49,102 nucleotides of DNA from Armatimonadota bacterium (GTDB lineage: Bacteria; Armatimonadota; Fimbriimonadia; Fimbriimonadales; Fimbriimonadaceae): assembly GCA_031400935.1 (NCBI GenBank), contig JANNQV010000054.1:1-49102 (forward strand), in the 5' to 3' direction. How positions within the stretch are numbered: the first letter of the stretch is position 1; each line of letters begins with the position of its first letter. The notes beneath the pieces were generated by a model. It saw only the letters and a program-made list of their open reading frames with translations. It did no database searches and was not told where the DNA came from. Below, one piece after another: positions 48,302 to 49,102 of this stretch. A program made the position numbers and the translations under genes.

Positions 48302-49102
48302 ATGGCAGATAATACAGAAACAATCGAGAATCAGGCGGATAAGAAAAAGAGGCACCGAAGTCCCCCATACCCTTCCGCGAGCCTCCCGGAGGCTGTCGGC
48401 TTCGCCAATACATACTATCAAGCGCAACGAAGAAATACCGTCTACCTTGAGGCCGCAATGAAGTCTCTAGGGTACAAGCCGGACAGTAGCGGCGGTTTCA
48501 GAGCTATTGCTGCAATGATTGCTTTTGGCTTGCTGGAGGATGAAGGTTCTGGCAAAACAAGAAAGGTGAAATTAAGCGATCTTGGGTATAAGTTGATGGT
48601 TCTACCAGACGGTGACCCTGACCGGATTCCACTATATCAGGAAGCCGCAAGAAAACCAACCATCTACACTGAGTTGCTAAAACAATGGGCAGATGGATTG
48701 CCCTCCGACGATGCGATTTCGAAGTACTTGATTCTGGAACGCAACTTCAACCCGGCTTCCGTTTCTCCGTTGCTAACTGATTTTCGTAGGACTTTAGAAT
48801 TCTCGAAGTTGACTTCTGCTGGTATTATATCAGAAGAGCTAGAAGACAACGGCGGGAAACCAGACGGCAGGAAAAACACCGGCCAAGATGGAAAACGTCA
48901 CTCAACTGGCGATGGAGAAACTATCATGACTTCATTGGTCATACCTATTCGTGAAGGAGTGGAGGCTGAATTCCGATTTCCTGCAAACTTGAATAAAGAC
49001 GAGTTCGGCGATATGAAAGACTATATCGACACTTTCCTAAAGGTTCAGGAACGAAAGATCAGTCGAACTCCCGCGCAAACAAACCCACAAGCAGAGGATT
49101 TA
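48302..49102 (+). CDS. Uncharacterised protein, possibly winged-helix; 3'-truncated by the window end
   Basis: GGAGGT SD then ATG 48302; 267 codons open to the end (MADNTETIENQADKKKRHRSPPYPSASLPEAV...AFGLLEDEG...); absent from the ORF track because it has no stop. Confidence 0.8.
   Translation, partial: MADNTETIENQADKKKRHRSPPYPSASLPEAVGFANTYYQAQRRNTVYLEAAMKSLGYKPDSSGGFRAIAAMIAFGLLEDEGSGKTRKVKLSDLGYKLMVLPDGDPDRIPLYQEAARKPTIYTELLKQWADGLPSDDAISKYLILERNFNPASVSPLLTDFRRTLEFSKLTSAGIISEELEDNGGKPDGRKNTGQDGKRHSTGDGETIMTSLVIPIREGVEAEFRFPANLNKDEFGDMKDYIDTFLKVQERKISRTPAQTNPQAEDL

Larger units (their letters stand above)
46438..49102. mobile_element. IS1-family-like element with passenger genes (other end beyond the window)
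   Basis: GGTAGTGTCCTAATTTGA at 46438-46455 resembles IS1-type GGT-starting termini; it abuts the NYN stop and a DDE transposase lies inside. Confidence 0.65.

Noticed and set aside
216..48879. The many short overlapping or antisense ORFs in the track (e.g. 24740-25339, 29938-30615, 48255-48458, 48664-48879)
   Set aside because: They are shadows of well-supported genes on the other strand or frame and have no recognisable motifs

Overview
A 49.1 kb bacterial chromosomal segment. It is probably Armatimonadota/Fimbriimonas-like; this is inference from the ARC-type ATPase, the H-X9-DG-type protein and the gene content. Most of it is housekeeping: dppA, arc-like, rfbA/rfbC, asnB, acs, ileS-lspA, an accB-like/accC-nusB-folD-deoB operon, cheC-cheD-HDOD, queC-queE, proteases and a GH116. 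The most notable part is the right end (46438-49102), one end of an IS1-family-like element with passenger genes. It contains a putative terminal repeat, an NYN/PIN ribonuclease preceded by a structured RNA leader, and the transposase. Transcribed divergently are a 96-nt non-canonical tRNA-Sec-like (allo-tRNA-type, 8/4) gene with an ochre-reading UUA anticodon and a truncated uncharacterised protein missing from the ORF track. Other oddities are a BCCP homologue without the biotin-accepting lysine, with a pilin-like gene between it and accC, and a CheD lacking its catalytic His. There is also an ARC ATPase lacking the GQYL tail, an IleRS with a degenerate zinc finger, many apparently leaderless genes, REP-like and heptamer repeats, and a probably artefactual 116-bp palindrome at the left edge. 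All calls are by-eye motif recognition; no searches were run.
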